DNA of 64,000 nucleotides from Styela clava (GCF_964204865.1 NC_135262.1:4402001-4466000); one strand, 5' to 3'. Shown: positions 24,301-37,088, counted from the first letter of the stretch. Program-made: numbers and translations. Notes: generated by a model from the sequence alone, not told the origin.

Positions 24301-27300
24301 AAATGAATAAAGCAAAATAGAATGCACATTGGTGTTGAACTTTCAAGCAGAGAAAAAAGTAATGCAGCTTTCCTGCCTCAGATTATTTGGTAATAATATA
24401 AAAAAATCCTTTTTTTATTGCTAAAAATCGGCGCTGTTTGTTTGCAGAGTCGACTTATTAGCCGTAACATACAGTACTTTGTTCAGTTTCTGTGACATTT
24501 TAGACTTGATATAAAGTTAGTGTTTTTGCAAAGGTTCACTCACAAAATGTATTTCAAGTTTTCATTCAATACCCCGTAGCTCTTATCACTTCAGTTTTTT
24601 GTAACCTCACTCACTAGATTTACAGGATTCCTGAATAGGATTGGATTTTTGAATACCGTACTTGGAAGAAGAAAAGTCAATGCAATAACTCGATCATATA
24701 GTAATTGATTTGTCTATCCTTTCATAACCAGTTTATGGGTAGGGAACCAGTCAGTTAGTGCAGAACTATCTGTATATTATATATAAATATGATTGTTTCA
24801 AATGACTGTGTAGCTGAATTATTGCAATTAATGAATGATTCGTTTTTTGTCAGGATAAATTGTTATTTCAATGTGGAAATCAGTATTTTTGAGAAATGTC
24901 TTTAAAGCGCCATTTGGTGGAATTGTTCTACGACGTTTTGTCACCCTATAGTTATATTTCTTTTAAATTTGCTAAGAAACCTTAGCAAACAATGGAATAC
25001 CATGAATCTTCAGCTTCGTCCTGTTCTCGTTGGTGGAATTTTCAAATCTGTTAAAATTCAGGAACCTTTGACCCATCCTACTAAAGGAAGGTGAGTGTAG
25101 ATCATGTATGTCAGAGTGTCGAAGCCATTAAATAACAATACAAAAGAGAACATTCCTAAAATTTTGAATCTCAAACGCATACAAAAAATCCACCGCTGCC
25201 AATCAGCTCGGTTCTTTTGGCACATTCTTAATGAAATCGCCACAAAATTTTTTCGCTGCTCAAACTTCCTAATTGACAATTTCTGCCGAGTCTGATTCTT
25301 CGCTCGCTTGGAATTAAAAAAAATTAGGCATTCGGATGCCACCGCTATCGTTGCGAATAAAATTCATCACACTACTCATGGAGATGGAGGGATACAATAA
25401 CTTTCTCATACTGCAAAAATTGTTGTAGAATCGTTCGTCAGCCAGGGCACACAATATTTGGCAGGTTCGTTTCTAAAACTTGGATGCAGTGAAACTTGCA
25501 TTTGTACACAATAATATGCTTTAACAGCCTTGCCCAGACTCAAATACTATATGCTTATATCGTATTTTGCCCATGCAAAGTGCTATGGTATTGCTGTTTT
25601 GAAACACACAAAATTCGCTGCATGAAACTGATTCAAGGCAATTTTGGGAGGTATGTTATCAAAATCACTCAACATCAGACAGTTCAACATTAGAGTTTAA
25701 AACTCAAAAATATATTGCCTAACTAAGATGTCGTCTTATATGCACATGACTAAAAATTGGGCTTATACACGCATAACTCTGAACTGGAAAGATCGAACTG
25801 GAGAGTTTGACAGTGATAGTGAGGATGATTATGAGGAATTTTGAGACACTTCTTACCGTTATTAATAAAAGTAAAACATAGCGACTATGGTTATCATTTC
25901 TATTACCCTACATTCTCGCATATATGTCAATCACGCATATAAGCCGACCCTACAAATCGTAACACGTCGTATCACAGTTAAGAATATCCAAGTATTCGAA
26001 TACTTTTTCGCCTGATTTTTGAATAATAGCCACTTTTCGCCCACATCACGGTGTTTCGTTGACAAGAAAAGTATTAAAACAAATTTTAGCACTTTGCCAC
26101 ATATTAAAATGACAACGATAAATAAAATCGACACTTTGATTGTTTATCTTCTTTGCGACCCTGCACCTCATATTGTTGCGACACATTTGCATGGTTGTGT
26201 GTTGGGCATTGCCGCCATTTCTTTGCAATGCTTCTTATTTTACACGTTATATCCATTACGTCGCAAAATTGAACATTATATTGTTAAAAGTTGTATCTCT
26301 GTCCGGTAGAATGTAATAAGCCATGTCATGTGTGGTCATGACTGAAAAGATATTATCGTTGATAACATTCTAAAGGAGGTTTTTGAAGTTTACACAATGC
26401 GAGGATATACGTATATATTATTTTAATAATAAATTAATTAAAGTATTGAATGGAAAAGAGTTTTTGAAATAAAATTCAGTACCGTATTCCTTGACGAATA
26501 AGTCTACCCGACAAATAAGAAGAAACCTATTTTCAGCACTGAACCATATAGCACTCCAATAAGACGGGACAGAAAAATAGCTTCTTTGTTGGTCAGCTAA
26601 ACACCGATATGTATCCATAATTTTATATAGTTAGAACCAGGTTTTGCTTGTTTCAGGTAAAATAATACTCACAGCATTAATTCTTACCAATAAAATGGTA
26701 GCTTTTATTGGCGGAAATTGTGTTTAGTTTGGTATAGTTGTTTATTTCAATTATGTAGCTCAACTTTTTACTCCCTGACTATACCCCCTATACTTATGTG
26801 TGATTGTTTGACTGAAGCCGCGGGATCTCTTCTAGAGGGGTGGCGCATCGTGCTTAGCCTTGGGAATACACTTGCGACCGCACTTCTGATTACACTTCGA
26901 AGGTTTGCAGGTCCACATTCGAACCCATACATACATTCAATATCTTTGAAATGATAGTTGGAAAGTTTAGTGGTTATTAATGATCAAATGAGTAAATTTA
27001 TTTATTCAAACAATTCAATACTCAGTTAGCTGTTGTTATCAGTGAGAGCCTGTTCTTCAATATGAGGTTTATATGTGCTTGTAGGGTTGACAGTTTGTGA
27101 TGATAATTTGGAATATTGTAATTAGCACTGTGAAAATTATTGGTATTATTGGCACTCCTCTTATCAGCGTTGGTGTGAATATCACTGCCGCTCTTTTCCT
27201 TTCAGTATCGACTCAATCTGGCATTTACTCAGTTCTGCATGATTTCATTAATAGATATTGGAGTCGCAGGTCCGTGAAATGAGATTTAAATTTGGTTTAA

Positions 27301-28347
27301 TCTTGTACATGCGAGTAATTTCAATCTCTTTGCGTTGCAAAGCCTCTAATTTATTATCTATGCCTATGGCATTACAATGCCCTAACTAGCTTGTCATAAG
27401 ATCAATAACCAAAATTTTTGCTCCTGCGCTACTAGAAAGCCTATGTTAAATGAAGGTTTGGTTTGTGGTTTCACCCAGTTTTTTGTATCTGGCTCCTCAG
27501 CCCTAGAGTAAAAATCATGAATTCAAACTTTCAATGATGATTATCGAAGTGGAAAAATTCTGACACTAAATCAAATATTATTTAGTTAAGTAAGCATTCT
27601 CAACAGACAATTAGCAAAGGATTGCATGGGGGAAAAACTTTTTGTTCAGGCTAACGTTTTTTATTTGAAATATTGTTTTCTGAGATGGGGATGGAGTCAG
27701 AACTTTCTCCAGCATGGAGTCTGTGTTCAGAGTCAAAACTTTTGTTAACCAGAGTTGGAGTTATTTTTAAAATTGCTAGGAGTTGAGTCGGTTGAAAGTT
27801 TTTCAAGACCACATAACACTCCTATCACTAAATATCTGGAATGGATTATTAACAATCATCATTTGTTCTCAGGTACATGTTTGAAGATCTTGACCGAATA
27901 TCTGGATACTATCGCGTTCCGTTCAGACTTTCGAAAAACATAGAACAGGATTTCTTTGCGAAAGGTTCTGTTAAAGCTCAGCGTCTGTTGACTTATGTAC
28001 AGGAGAAATCACCGGACCTATTGAATGGAATTTCAGATGAGATTTTCAAAAGAATCTGGGTTGACAATATTGACATTTCTGAGAAAAAAAGCTTACGAGA
28101 AGCGTGTGAAGCAGCTGGATTGTCCTCCACAGAATCTTCCAATGCTTTGGATGAAATAAATCATCAATCTGTTAAGGAAGGGCTGAAGAAAGCTACTTCG
28201 TATGCTATTGAGTGCGGGGTGTTTGGCACTCCTACCTATATTTTACACAGAAATGGAAAGAAGGACATGTTATTTGGTACTGATAGAATCTTCCTTCTTG
28301 CTCATTATTTGAATGAACCTTGGCCAGTGTTCCCAAATGAGGAATAA
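21362..28347 (+). CDS. GSTK1: Glutathione S-transferase kappa, 223 aa, 2 coding exons (21362-21558, 27873-28347)
   Basis: Exon 1 has VELFYDVLSPYS (catalytic Ser motif) and LQLRP. The phase-2 donor AA|GTAAGT joins TTCTCAG|G to give K-Y-M-F-E-D-L. Exon 2 has GSVKAQR, GVFGTP and MLFGTDR, as in GST-kappa. Confidence 0.92.
22322..23150 (-). mobile_element. Probable L2/CR1-type LINE 3' UTR fragment
   Basis: Minus strand ends AATAAAC + (GATT)n. Stem-loop GACCT-AAGA-AGGTC near the tail. Far boundary uncertain. Confidence 0.5.
23771..24247. mobile_element. hAT-Charlie-like MITE
   Basis: TIRs CAGTGGTTCTCAAA / TTTGAGAACCACGG. TSD TGTTGAAG/TGTTAAAG (7/8). Confidence 0.85.
24896..25090 (+). pseudogene. 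Second GST-kappa exon 1 (exon 1b) with a +1 frameshift
   Basis: MSLKRHLVELFYDVLSPYSYISFK, then an extra T at about 24968-24970, then LLRNLSKQWNTMNLQLRPVLVGGIFK...KG. Same phase-2 donor (AG|GTGAGT). Upstream acceptor at 24852-24853. Confidence 0.88.
25330..26530. mobile_element. Old pogo/Tc2-like remnants
   Basis: Acidic tail DSDSEDDYEEF* at about 25810-25844, plus GGCTTATAC, TATAAGCCG and TACCGTATT terminal-type motifs. Highly degraded. Confidence 0.3.
26835..26930 (+). mobile_element. SINE-like 5' fragment
   Basis: TGGCGCATCGTGCTTAGC...CTGATTACACTTCG. Confidence 0.55.
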
Positions 28348-28408
28348 TGACAGAAAATAACTGATTCCTCCATCAAGTCTATTGATAAATATGCATGAGG
28401 GGCCTGAG

Positions 28409-28711
28409 CAGTGGTTGGCAACCCTTTTTCAGTGACGGACCGGTAACATCTGACCAAAATTTTGGCGGACCACCTTCATACAAATTACAGACAAACTTAT
28501 CTAACGTGATAATTTATACGCGCTAGGAAAGTTGACAATACATTCAAAAACAAAGTAGTTTTTGTAGTTGTCAATTTTGAAAATCTGACCACACATACTG
28601 GTAACAATGCTATTAGGGCATTGTACGTTTTTTGTGTCACCTTTCTGCGGGCCGGTAGTACTCTTTCCGTGGACCGGCGATGGGCCACGGCCCGGTGGTT
28701 GCCGACCACTG
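28409..28711. mobile_element. hAT-Charlie-like MITE (units A and A' only)
   Basis: TIRs CAGTGGTTGGCAACC / GGTTGCCGACCACTG. Empty sites at about 34458 and 42562. Confidence 0.88.
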
Positions 28712-28998
28712 TTCTATAGTATAAGTAGGCATTCGGTTGATATTGTGCATAGCCTATTGCTGACGTAGCTACATAAAAATACAGATTGGAAATCTTCTTG
28801 AAAATAAACTATTTTCTAATCTTCGATTCGATTGGCGGTTCTATTATCCACACAACAAACTACGGATATCTCCTGTCACCCCTTTAACAATTAGCTCTGA
28901 ATTCATTGTTTGCAACACAGTATCTCATTATTGTTGTTATTTAAATGTATAACAGTCTTGTTCGGTGTGCCTACCATGTGATTTATTGCAGATTCATG

Positions 28999-29365
28999 CC
29001 GTGTTTCACTGTAATATAAGACCTAGCCAGAAATTTTGGAATGATTTTAATGCAAGCCCTCTCTTTAAAAGAAGACCTAGTCGATAGCGCGAACTTTTTT
29101 GACCTAAGCAATAGCAAGAAATCTTTTCCACACAATTTAAATGAATAATCTAAAACGTGTGAGAGGGGGAAAAGGTTCAATGACCTGAATAATCTATGTT
29201 CAGCATTTTTTTGCTAACAAAAACGTGTTATCGGTTTTCATATTTTGTATATTCTCTTCTTTGTAATTTTGTTTTTATTAAATAAAAGAAATTCTCTAAA
29301 AATAAGCCGTGGTATTATGGAGAAAATTGAAATAAAACCCTGTTTTATTTTCAGGGAAACACGGT
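28999..29365. mobile_element. Old Tc1/mariner-pogo-type MITE, with copies at ~34764-35925, ~48633-48978 and ~61012-61401
   Basis: CCGTGTTTC...ATAAGAC / GTCTTATTTT...GAAACACGG ends with TA flanks. Empty TA site at about 42849. Confidence 0.75.
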
Positions 29366-29993
29366 ATGCTTCTTGTATTACCTATATTATTTTGGCTTTG
29401 TAGCACAACCTTTTTGTGCACTAATGTTCTCATGAAAATTTCTTTAAAATGTTAAAATTTTAATTGGGGCAATTTTGTATTATTATTCATTTTATATTGC
29501 TCCCATATCATGTAAGATTATTGCATGCTTTGTCAGTGGCCACTACATTTTGATAAATATTTTAAATCAAGTTTTATTCCAAGCGAAATTTCGATCAAAC
29601 AGGTTCGAAAAACCCCAGTTCAATTGATTTTATTTATTATCATAAAAGATGCCAATCGAAAAAATGTGTAATAACAATTTGACGCGAAACACTCGAAGAT
29701 CACTCAACATTATTGAAATACACTTATTGTATGATTATATTATACCTGTGACCTTTGAATTTTTTATATTTAAACTATATCCATATAAAAATATTGACAA
29801 CCCCGGGACTGGGAACCTTATTTCAAAATCACTGTTCTTAATCAATGTCACAGATATGGGCAATGAAGCACTTTGCACCTGCAAAGTATCCAGTGATCCT
29901 GTCTCTCATGATCAACTTTCAAGAGATTCTAATCTGCGAACATGCAGGTTTTCAGCAGTGCAATGGCAAGCCTGTTCCAAACTTACCTATTGG

Positions 29994-30364
29994 TATGGCT
30001 GTCCAAGCGAACCGAATATTCAAAATCGAATCAAATTGCATAATATTCAAATTGTTTCAAGATTAATTTGCGAATCCTTAAAATAGGTACATGAAGCGGA
30101 AAAACCTATTGACTACCTTTGCACAGCGTTTTCCACCGGGCAAGTGGCGTCGCAGCGTTCTTAGAGGACTCTTGCCCTTCTGCATTACTGGTTTTCTGAT
30201 ATTTCTCTCTCCTTAATTTGTGTGAAAAAGGAATGCCCGATGGCATGTCATTAGCAATTTGGTCATGCATGGTCATAACTGAAAAGTTATTATCGGCTTG
30301 ATATTAAAAACATCACAAAAATATTCGATTCCAATCAAAAAAATATTCGATCTTGGACAGCCCT
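29994..30364. mobile_element. Old hAT-like MITE upstream of the Kelch genes
   Basis: TAGGGCTGTCCAA (best preserved at 43657) / TTGGACAGCCCT ends with CGAATATTCG motifs. Full or partial copies precede all six Kelch genes. Confidence 0.65.
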
Positions 30365-30632
30365 CGCTATTAACCAGTCAATTTAATTATATTTTATAAA
30401 CATGCAATACTTTACATGCCCCTTGTATACCCACAATTAGTGGAACCTTAATTCTGAAGCATGTAGCCTCAATTAAAATCAAAATTTTTATGAAATGATG
30501 TAAATAAAAATTCCTAACAATTATCAATATAAGCCTATTGAATTCCAGTAATATTTTTTAACCAATTGCTAAACTTCTCCAGGTTGCATGGTCATATTTT
30601 TTGTGAATATTATTTAGAGTAATAACTTGACG

Positions 30633-32279
30633 ATGTCAAAGGTTTCAGATGATGAGTTTGATTTGGATATTGATGTAAATGAACACAATGCATTGATGAT
30701 GGGAAAAATGCATAGTATGAAAAAAGACGGACAACATTCTGACCTCGTCATCAAAGTAGTAAGTGAAGAGTTCCTGGTTCACAGGAACATGATGTCAGCG
30801 GGTTCTGATTATTTTAATGCGATGTTGTCACATGATAACTTGGAAAGCAACACTGGAATTGTTGATATGAAGGAAGTCGATGTCAATTCTGTGAAAGTTT
30901 GCATTGATTATATTTACACTGGAAAAGCTTCAATTACTTTGGAGAAAAGTGAACGACTACTCCATGTTGCAGCTTTGATGCAATTATCAGTACTTTGTGA
31001 TAAGATAGCTGTGTTTCTTGAAGCCAAGTTGGATGTGAAATCACTTCTCATCATCAAACAAATTGCTTCTATGTTTGAAATTCAAATATTAAAAACAGCA
31101 TGTGATGAATTTGCATTGACTAATATGGGAGCAATTTCACAGGAAGAATACTTCAATGAATTGGATGTGGAATTCATCTCTTTCATGGTTGGATCGAAAA
31201 ATTTAGATTATTCTGAGGATTCTAAACTTGCTGTTCTTCTGCAATGGATCAAAGCTGATATTGGCCAAAGAAAGAAGCTTCTTGTTGAAATGATAAATCT
31301 GATAAACCTGAACAATGTTTCATCTCGATATGCAACATTCTTAGTGGAAAATGAAAGCCTGTGTGTTGAATCACCTTTAATCATGAAATTATTGTTTCTC
31401 AAAATGACAGAGAAATTTGGTGTTAAAGGAGAATCTGCAAAAATCCCCGCTAATGCATCTGAATTCAATACTTTTGCTGTTTTTGACAAAACTTCGACGA
31501 AAATCAAAACATTCCATTCAGAACAAAATGAATGGCAAGAACTAAAAAATCTGCATGATAGTATGGTAGACAGCCTTTACACTGCAGTCATGGTGAAGGA
31601 TTTCATCTATGTTTTTATTGATGATAATCGTTCTGTATATCGTATTAATATTTCTGAACCAGATTCAACTTGGACGAGATTGTCTGATCAGCAATGTGAC
31701 CATGAAATGTATTTACAAGCAGCAGTTTGTAATGAATTCATTTATCTGTGTGGCAATGGTACATTGGAGGAGTACATTATCAGCAAAAATATGTGGAGTG
31801 TGGTGAAAAGTGAAAAGATTGTGCTAATGTATTGTACATTAGTTGGATTCCAGGAATCACTTTATGTGATTGGAGGTTACTCAGGTCGTAGTTTAGCATC
31901 TGTGAATCGATATTTACAACAATCCACTTGGTCTTCAGTCAAAGCAATGAATGTTCCTAGGCAGATTCCTGCCGCTACTGTTTATAGAAATCGAATATTT
32001 GTGGCAGGCGGATATGGTCTTGGATCCTTATCAAGTTCAGAGTTCTATGATGCACAAACAGATTCTTGGACAAATTTAGCCTCTATGACTGTTCCTCGGT
32101 ATGGTTTTAGCCTTTGCACTGTTGGTGATGAATTATTTGCAATAGGAAGTGATAAAGTCGGATCACAATTAGTTGAGAAATACAGTTTTGAATCAAATCG
32201 TTGGGAGCATCATATTAATATTCCAGAAAATATGAATATTGCTCCACTTGCCAGTCTGGCATATAAACTTCCGTCTTAG
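30633..32279 (+). CDS. BTB-BACK-Kelch (KLHL-like) protein K1, intronless CDS
   Basis: BTB (SDLVIKV..EEFLVH...SDYF.AM...IDYIYTG...LL.VA.LMQL..L), BACK, and Kelch repeats (YVIGG, FVAGG, W...A.M..PR). Confidence 0.95.
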   Translation: MSKVSDDEFDLDIDVNEHNALMMGKMHSMKKDGQHSDLVIKVVSEEFLVHRNMMSAGSDYFNAMLSHDNLESNTGIVDMKEVDVNSVKVCIDYIYTGKASITLEKSERLLHVAALMQLSVLCDKIAVFLEAKLDVKSLLIIKQIASMFEIQILKTACDEFALTNMGAISQEEYFNELDVEFISFMVGSKNLDYSEDSKLAVLLQWIKADIGQRKKLLVEMINLINLNNVSSRYATFLVENESLCVESPLIMKLLFLKMTEKFGVKGESAKIPANASEFNTFAVFDKTSTKIKTFHSEQNEWQELKNLHDSMVDSLYTAVMVKDFIYVFIDDNRSVYRINISEPDSTWTRLSDQQCDHEMYLQAAVCNEFIYLCGNGTLEEYIISKNMWSVVKSEKIVLMYCTLVGFQESLYVIGGYSGRSLASVNRYLQQSTWSSVKAMNVPRQIPAATVYRNRIFVAGGYGLGSLSSSEFYDAQTDSWTNLASMTVPRYGFSLCTVGDELFAIGSDKVGSQLVEKYSFESNRWEHHINIPENMNIAPLASLAYKLPS

Positions 32280-33588
32280 TAAATGCAATATGTATTGCAT
32301 CAGCATTAAGAATATAGGAAACAGGCCACTATGAGTTCCATTTGATTTTTAAGTGTTTCAATTTGATTAAATTATCTATTTTGATATTATATGTAGCAAA
32401 CAATGAATGATTATTATAGTACAATTTTCTGTAATTAAGACAAATTTTATTGATATGCTCATATATATGATCTTATTATTATGTTTGAAAAACTTAAACA
32501 AGTTGAATCATGTATTAATATTTCGTTTTATTCTATAGTTAGTCTTCATATGTATGTGTAGTTCTATATACTATATCGTTTAAATTTGGTTTGTTCCCTG
32601 AATGCATTTTTATTCAAAACATAACTTGATGGTGTGAAACTGGCCACTGTTTTTTACACCTGGTTTGCTTTTTCTCTCAAAAAGGAAGGCTGTTGAAGAA
32701 ATGAGCTTTGATAAATACTTTTCCAAGCGGATTTTAATTTAGGGAAAAGGCTTTCATCCTTTATGAGCCTTGCTTGCGGTTGAATTCAAAGGATGTATGC
32801 AGTACGTATTGATTTACTGTTTATTATCACAAATATTGTACTACGTTTTTCATTTGTTACATTTATCTTTACATATTTTTCGGCTTATTGTCTAAAAATC
32901 CCCTTGGCTTACTGCATTCAATATTGGTTTATCGCATCTTCCTTCACACTGAAATGCATTTTTTTCACCTGGTTCTATTCTGTAAAAATATTCTGTCTTC
33001 GACATGTGTAAAAATAAACTACTGATGACTGGTGGTTACAAAAGCTTAATTTGGAAGTGAGAGGGGACATTACACCCATTACAGTTTTAAGAAAAGTTCA
33101 TGATACAGTGGTCACTTGCTTTTCTATTGTCCTGTATAACATTGTGAGCATATATATATGATCGAACTATGGTAGCATGACAGTTTAACATCTTAGATTC
33201 AAATCCCATGGCCACCACCTAAATTAGTACGACTTTTATATCACAACCTAGATGATGTAAATACCATTTGTTAGCTTTTTATACTTCGCTTTCTTATATT
33301 CTTCATTTAATAATTCTTATACTTAGCTAATTCGTTGAATCAGACATGTGTTGTAGCATCGATGGCAATAAAATTCTGAGTCACCAACAAAATTTGTTAT
33401 TGTGCATTCCCAGATAAGGTTTTTACAATTTTAAATAATTGTGTTAAGAAGTTGGAATAAAAATTAATCAGGAATTTCTTCAAATATATTGTATGAAATG
33501 GTATGCATGTTACATTTTACTGCATTTAATATTGTGTTGTATTAAATTTAGTTTTATATCTAGTGAGTTGTCTAAATATTTGATTCTA

Positions 33589-33720
33589 ATGGAATTTGAT
33601 CTTGGTATCGATGAAATTGAACACAAGAACATGATGATGAAACGTGATGATTTGAAAAAGAAGAATCGCCATTCTGAAAAGAAGAATCTCACAATCAAAG
33701 TAGGAAATGAAGAGTTTCTG
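33589..33720 (+). pseudogene. Truncated 5' fragment of a diverged BTB-Kelch gene
   Basis: MEFDLGIDEIEHKNMMMK...HS...LTIKVGNEEFL aligns with the K1-K6 N-terminus, then fuses to GST intron sequence. Confidence 0.8.
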
Positions 33721-33931
33721 CAAAGTTTTCAATCTCAAATTTTGGGTTTTCCCTGAAATAGGGTCAGAATTTTCTCCAGCATGGAGTCAAAACTCTTGTT
33801 AACCTGAATTGAAATTATTTTCAAAATCGCTAGGAATTCAAGTTTGGAAGTGGAGACGGTGGATATTTTTTTAGGATCACATAACTCTATCAATAATTTA
33901 TCAATAATTAACAATTATCATTCTTGCCCAA

Positions 33932-34419
33932 GTACATGTTTGAAGATCTTGATCGAATATCCCAATACTATTATGTTCCGTTCCAACTTCTGAAAAACAT
34001 AGAGAAGGATTTCTTTGCGAAAGGTTCTGTTAAAGCTCAGCGTCTGTTGACTTATGTACAGGAGGAATCACCGGAACTATTGAACGGAATTTCAGATGAG
34101 ATTTTCAAAAGAATCTGGGTTGATAATGTTGACATATCTGAGAATAAAAGCTTACAAGAAGCGTGTGAAGCAGCTGGATTGTCCTCAATCTTCCAATGCT
34201 TTGAATGAAATAAATCATCAATCTGTCAAGGAAGGGCTGAAGAAAGCTACTTCATATGCTATTGAGTGCGGAGTGTTTGGCACTCCTACCTATATTTTAC
34301 ACAGAAATGGAAAGAAGGACATGTTGTTTGGAACTGATAGAATCTTCCTTCTTGCTCATTATTTGAATGAGCCTTGGCCAGTATTCCCATGTGATGAATG
34401 TGAAAGAAAAATAAACTGA
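33932..34419 (+). pseudogene. GST-kappa exon-2 duplicate 2
   Basis: Acceptor CAG changed to CAA. 5-bp deletion near 34187 causes a frameshift. Confidence 0.9.
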
Positions 34420-34784
34420 TTCCTCTGTCAAGTCTATTGATAAATATGCATAAGGGACCTTCAATAGTATAAGTAGGCATTCTGTTCATATTGTGCATAG
34501 CTTATTGCTGACGTATCTACATAAAAATACAGATTGGAAATCTTCTTGAAATTAAACTATTTTCTCTTCTTCGATTCGATTGGCCGGTCTATTATCCACA
34601 CAACAAACTACAGATATCTCCTGTCTCCTCTTTAACAATTAACTCTAAATTCATTGTTTGCAACACAGTATTTCATTAATGCTGTTGTTTAAATGTATAA
34701 CACTTTTGTTTGATGTGCCTGAACCACTGCCATCTTTAAGATGTGATCTATTGAAGATTCATACCGTTTTTCACTGTAAAATAA

Positions 34785-35591
34785 GGGCCATTCCAAGCAA
34801 AAGTTGAATTCCCTCAATTTTTCAAAAAGTGTAGTGAAAGTAATTTTATTTTATTTTTGATATAAAAGACATTGGAATTTTATTGGACTGCATTCATTTC
34901 ATCGAACAATTTAAAATTTCCCCCAGGTTTTTGATGGTTTATAAAAAATGGCCTGAAATGTAGAAATTTTGGTATAATTGACATATTATGTGATGATTCC
35001 TGACACAAAGTGTTTGATTGTGTGGTACAGTTATTTCATATGGAATTGACGCACTGGATTTAAGTTAATAAAGTTTGAATGTTTGCAGTGCTGTAGAACA
35101 TTTCTTCACCCATTTAACGATTTATTACCAGAATTTTAAGAGATGATAGAGGCCGCTATTCCGAAGTGGAAAAATGTCCTGTGGTTTCACGTCCTGTAGT
35201 GTCACATACAATATGCACATTATTGGCATGGATTTACAGTGTTACATTAATAACTTGAGCAACACATAGAGGGGTAGTTCAGCTACTGCACCAGAAAATA
35301 TTATGGGCTCCTACTGTACCATCGCAAAAATTTACAGCACAACACAACGTACTGTTAGTACACGGTGGATTTGCCGTCCTGTAGTGTCACGCTATATTTT
35401 ATTATTATTTTTTTATCTACTAAGTAAGTCTTGGGTGTAACTTTTGTGCAATTTTTTACATATTCAATAAAGCAACTGATTGGACAATGAAACAAAACAT
35501 GCTGAAACATAGCTGAAAATGTGAAAATATATTGCATTCAACAACATGCAAAATTTCTGGAATTGTCCTGTAGTGTCACTCGGAATAGTCC
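34785..35591. mobile_element. Non-autonomous DNA transposon (possibly PIF/Harbinger), unit B only
   Basis: Ends GGGCCATTCC / GGAATAGTCC. GTCCTGTAGTGTCAC occurs three times. Empty site ATAAGACCTAGCC at about 29016. Nested in the older MITE. Confidence 0.7.
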
Positions 35592-37088
35592 ATGAGACCT
35601 AGCCTGGAATTTTAAAATGATTTTAATGCAAGCCCTCCCTTTAAAAGAAGGCCTCGTCGATAGTGGGAATTTTTTTGATCTAATCGATAACAAGAAATCT
35701 CTTCTACACAATTTACATGATTAATCTAAAACATGGGAGCGGGAAAAAGGTTCAATGACCTGACTAATCTATGTTCAGCAGTTTTTTTCTAACAAAAACG
35801 TGTTATCGGTTTTCATATTTTGTATATTTGAAAATAATTAAAAGACACCCTCCAAAAATAAGCCCTGGTATTTATTTTTTAAGGAAAATTGAATAAAGAC
35901 CTTGTCTTATTTTTGGGGAAACACGACATGCTTCTTGTATTATATTATTTTGACTTTGTTGCACACCCTTTTTGTGCACTAATGTTCTCATAGAAAATTT
36001 CTTTTAAATGTTAAAATTGTAATCTGAGCATTTTTGTATTATTATTCATTTTATATTGCTCCCATATCATGTAAGATTATTGCATGCTTTGTCAGTGGCC
36101 ACTACATTTGGATAAGTATTTTATTTCAAGTTTCATTCCAAGCGAAATTCCAATCAAACAGGTTCGAGAAACCCCCTTGCAATTGATTATATTTATTATC
36201 ATAAAAGATGCCAATCGAAAAAATGTGAAATAACGATTTGACGCGAAACACTCGAAGATCACTCAACATTATTGAAACACACTTATTGTATAATTATATT
36301 ATACCTGTGAATTTGATTATATTCAAACAATATGCATATAAGAATATTGACAACTCATGGACTGTACTGGGAACCTTATTTAAAAATCACTGTTCTTAAT
36401 CAATGTCACAGATATGTGTTATAAACCACCTTGCACCTGCGAAGTAAGAGATTCTAACCTAAAAACTTGCAGTTTATCAGTAGTGCGATGGAAAGCTTGT
36501 TACGAACTTAACTATTAGTAGTGCTGTCCAAGCGAAATGAATATTCGAAATTGATTCTCAAATTTTTTGAATCAAATCGAATAAAGTGGAAAAACAAATT
36601 GACTACCTTTGCACATCAGTTTTCACTGGGCAAGCGGCAGTGCATCCTGCTTATGCGACTCTCGCCTTTCACACAACTGTTTACCCGATATTTATCTCCC
36701 CTTTCATTTTGTGTTAAAAAATGCCCGGTGGCATGTTATTAGCAATTTCATGCATGGTTATAACTGAAAAGTTATTTTGACAAACCGATTTGAGAAAAAT
36801 TTTCATTTTTAGACAGCCCTACCTATTAACCAGTCAATTTAATTAGGTATATTTTATAAACATGCACGGCTTCACATTCCTCTGGTATATCCACAATCAG
36901 TGGTACCCTAATCCTGAAATTTGTAGTTTCAATTAGAATCAGAATTTTCATGAAATGCTGTAAATTAAAATTCCTGACAACTATCAATATAAATGAATTT
37001 CAATATGTTTTCACCTAATTGCTAAACTTCTCCAGGTTGCATGGTTATATTTTAGTGAACATAAGTTAAATACAGTAATACCTTGACA

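Noticed and set aside
29649-30086. 145-aa ORF and its 186-aa copy at 49135-49695
   Set aside because: They overlap MITE-derived spacer and are broken in the other units. Retention reflects recent duplication.
21362-32279. GST exon 1 spliced to Kelch as a fusion protein
   Set aside because: The conserved CTCCAG acceptor is out of frame with the phase-2 donor in K1 and K2 and meets a stop in K1. An in-frame AG 13 nt before the ATG exists in most copies but has no pyrimidine tract and is absent in K6.
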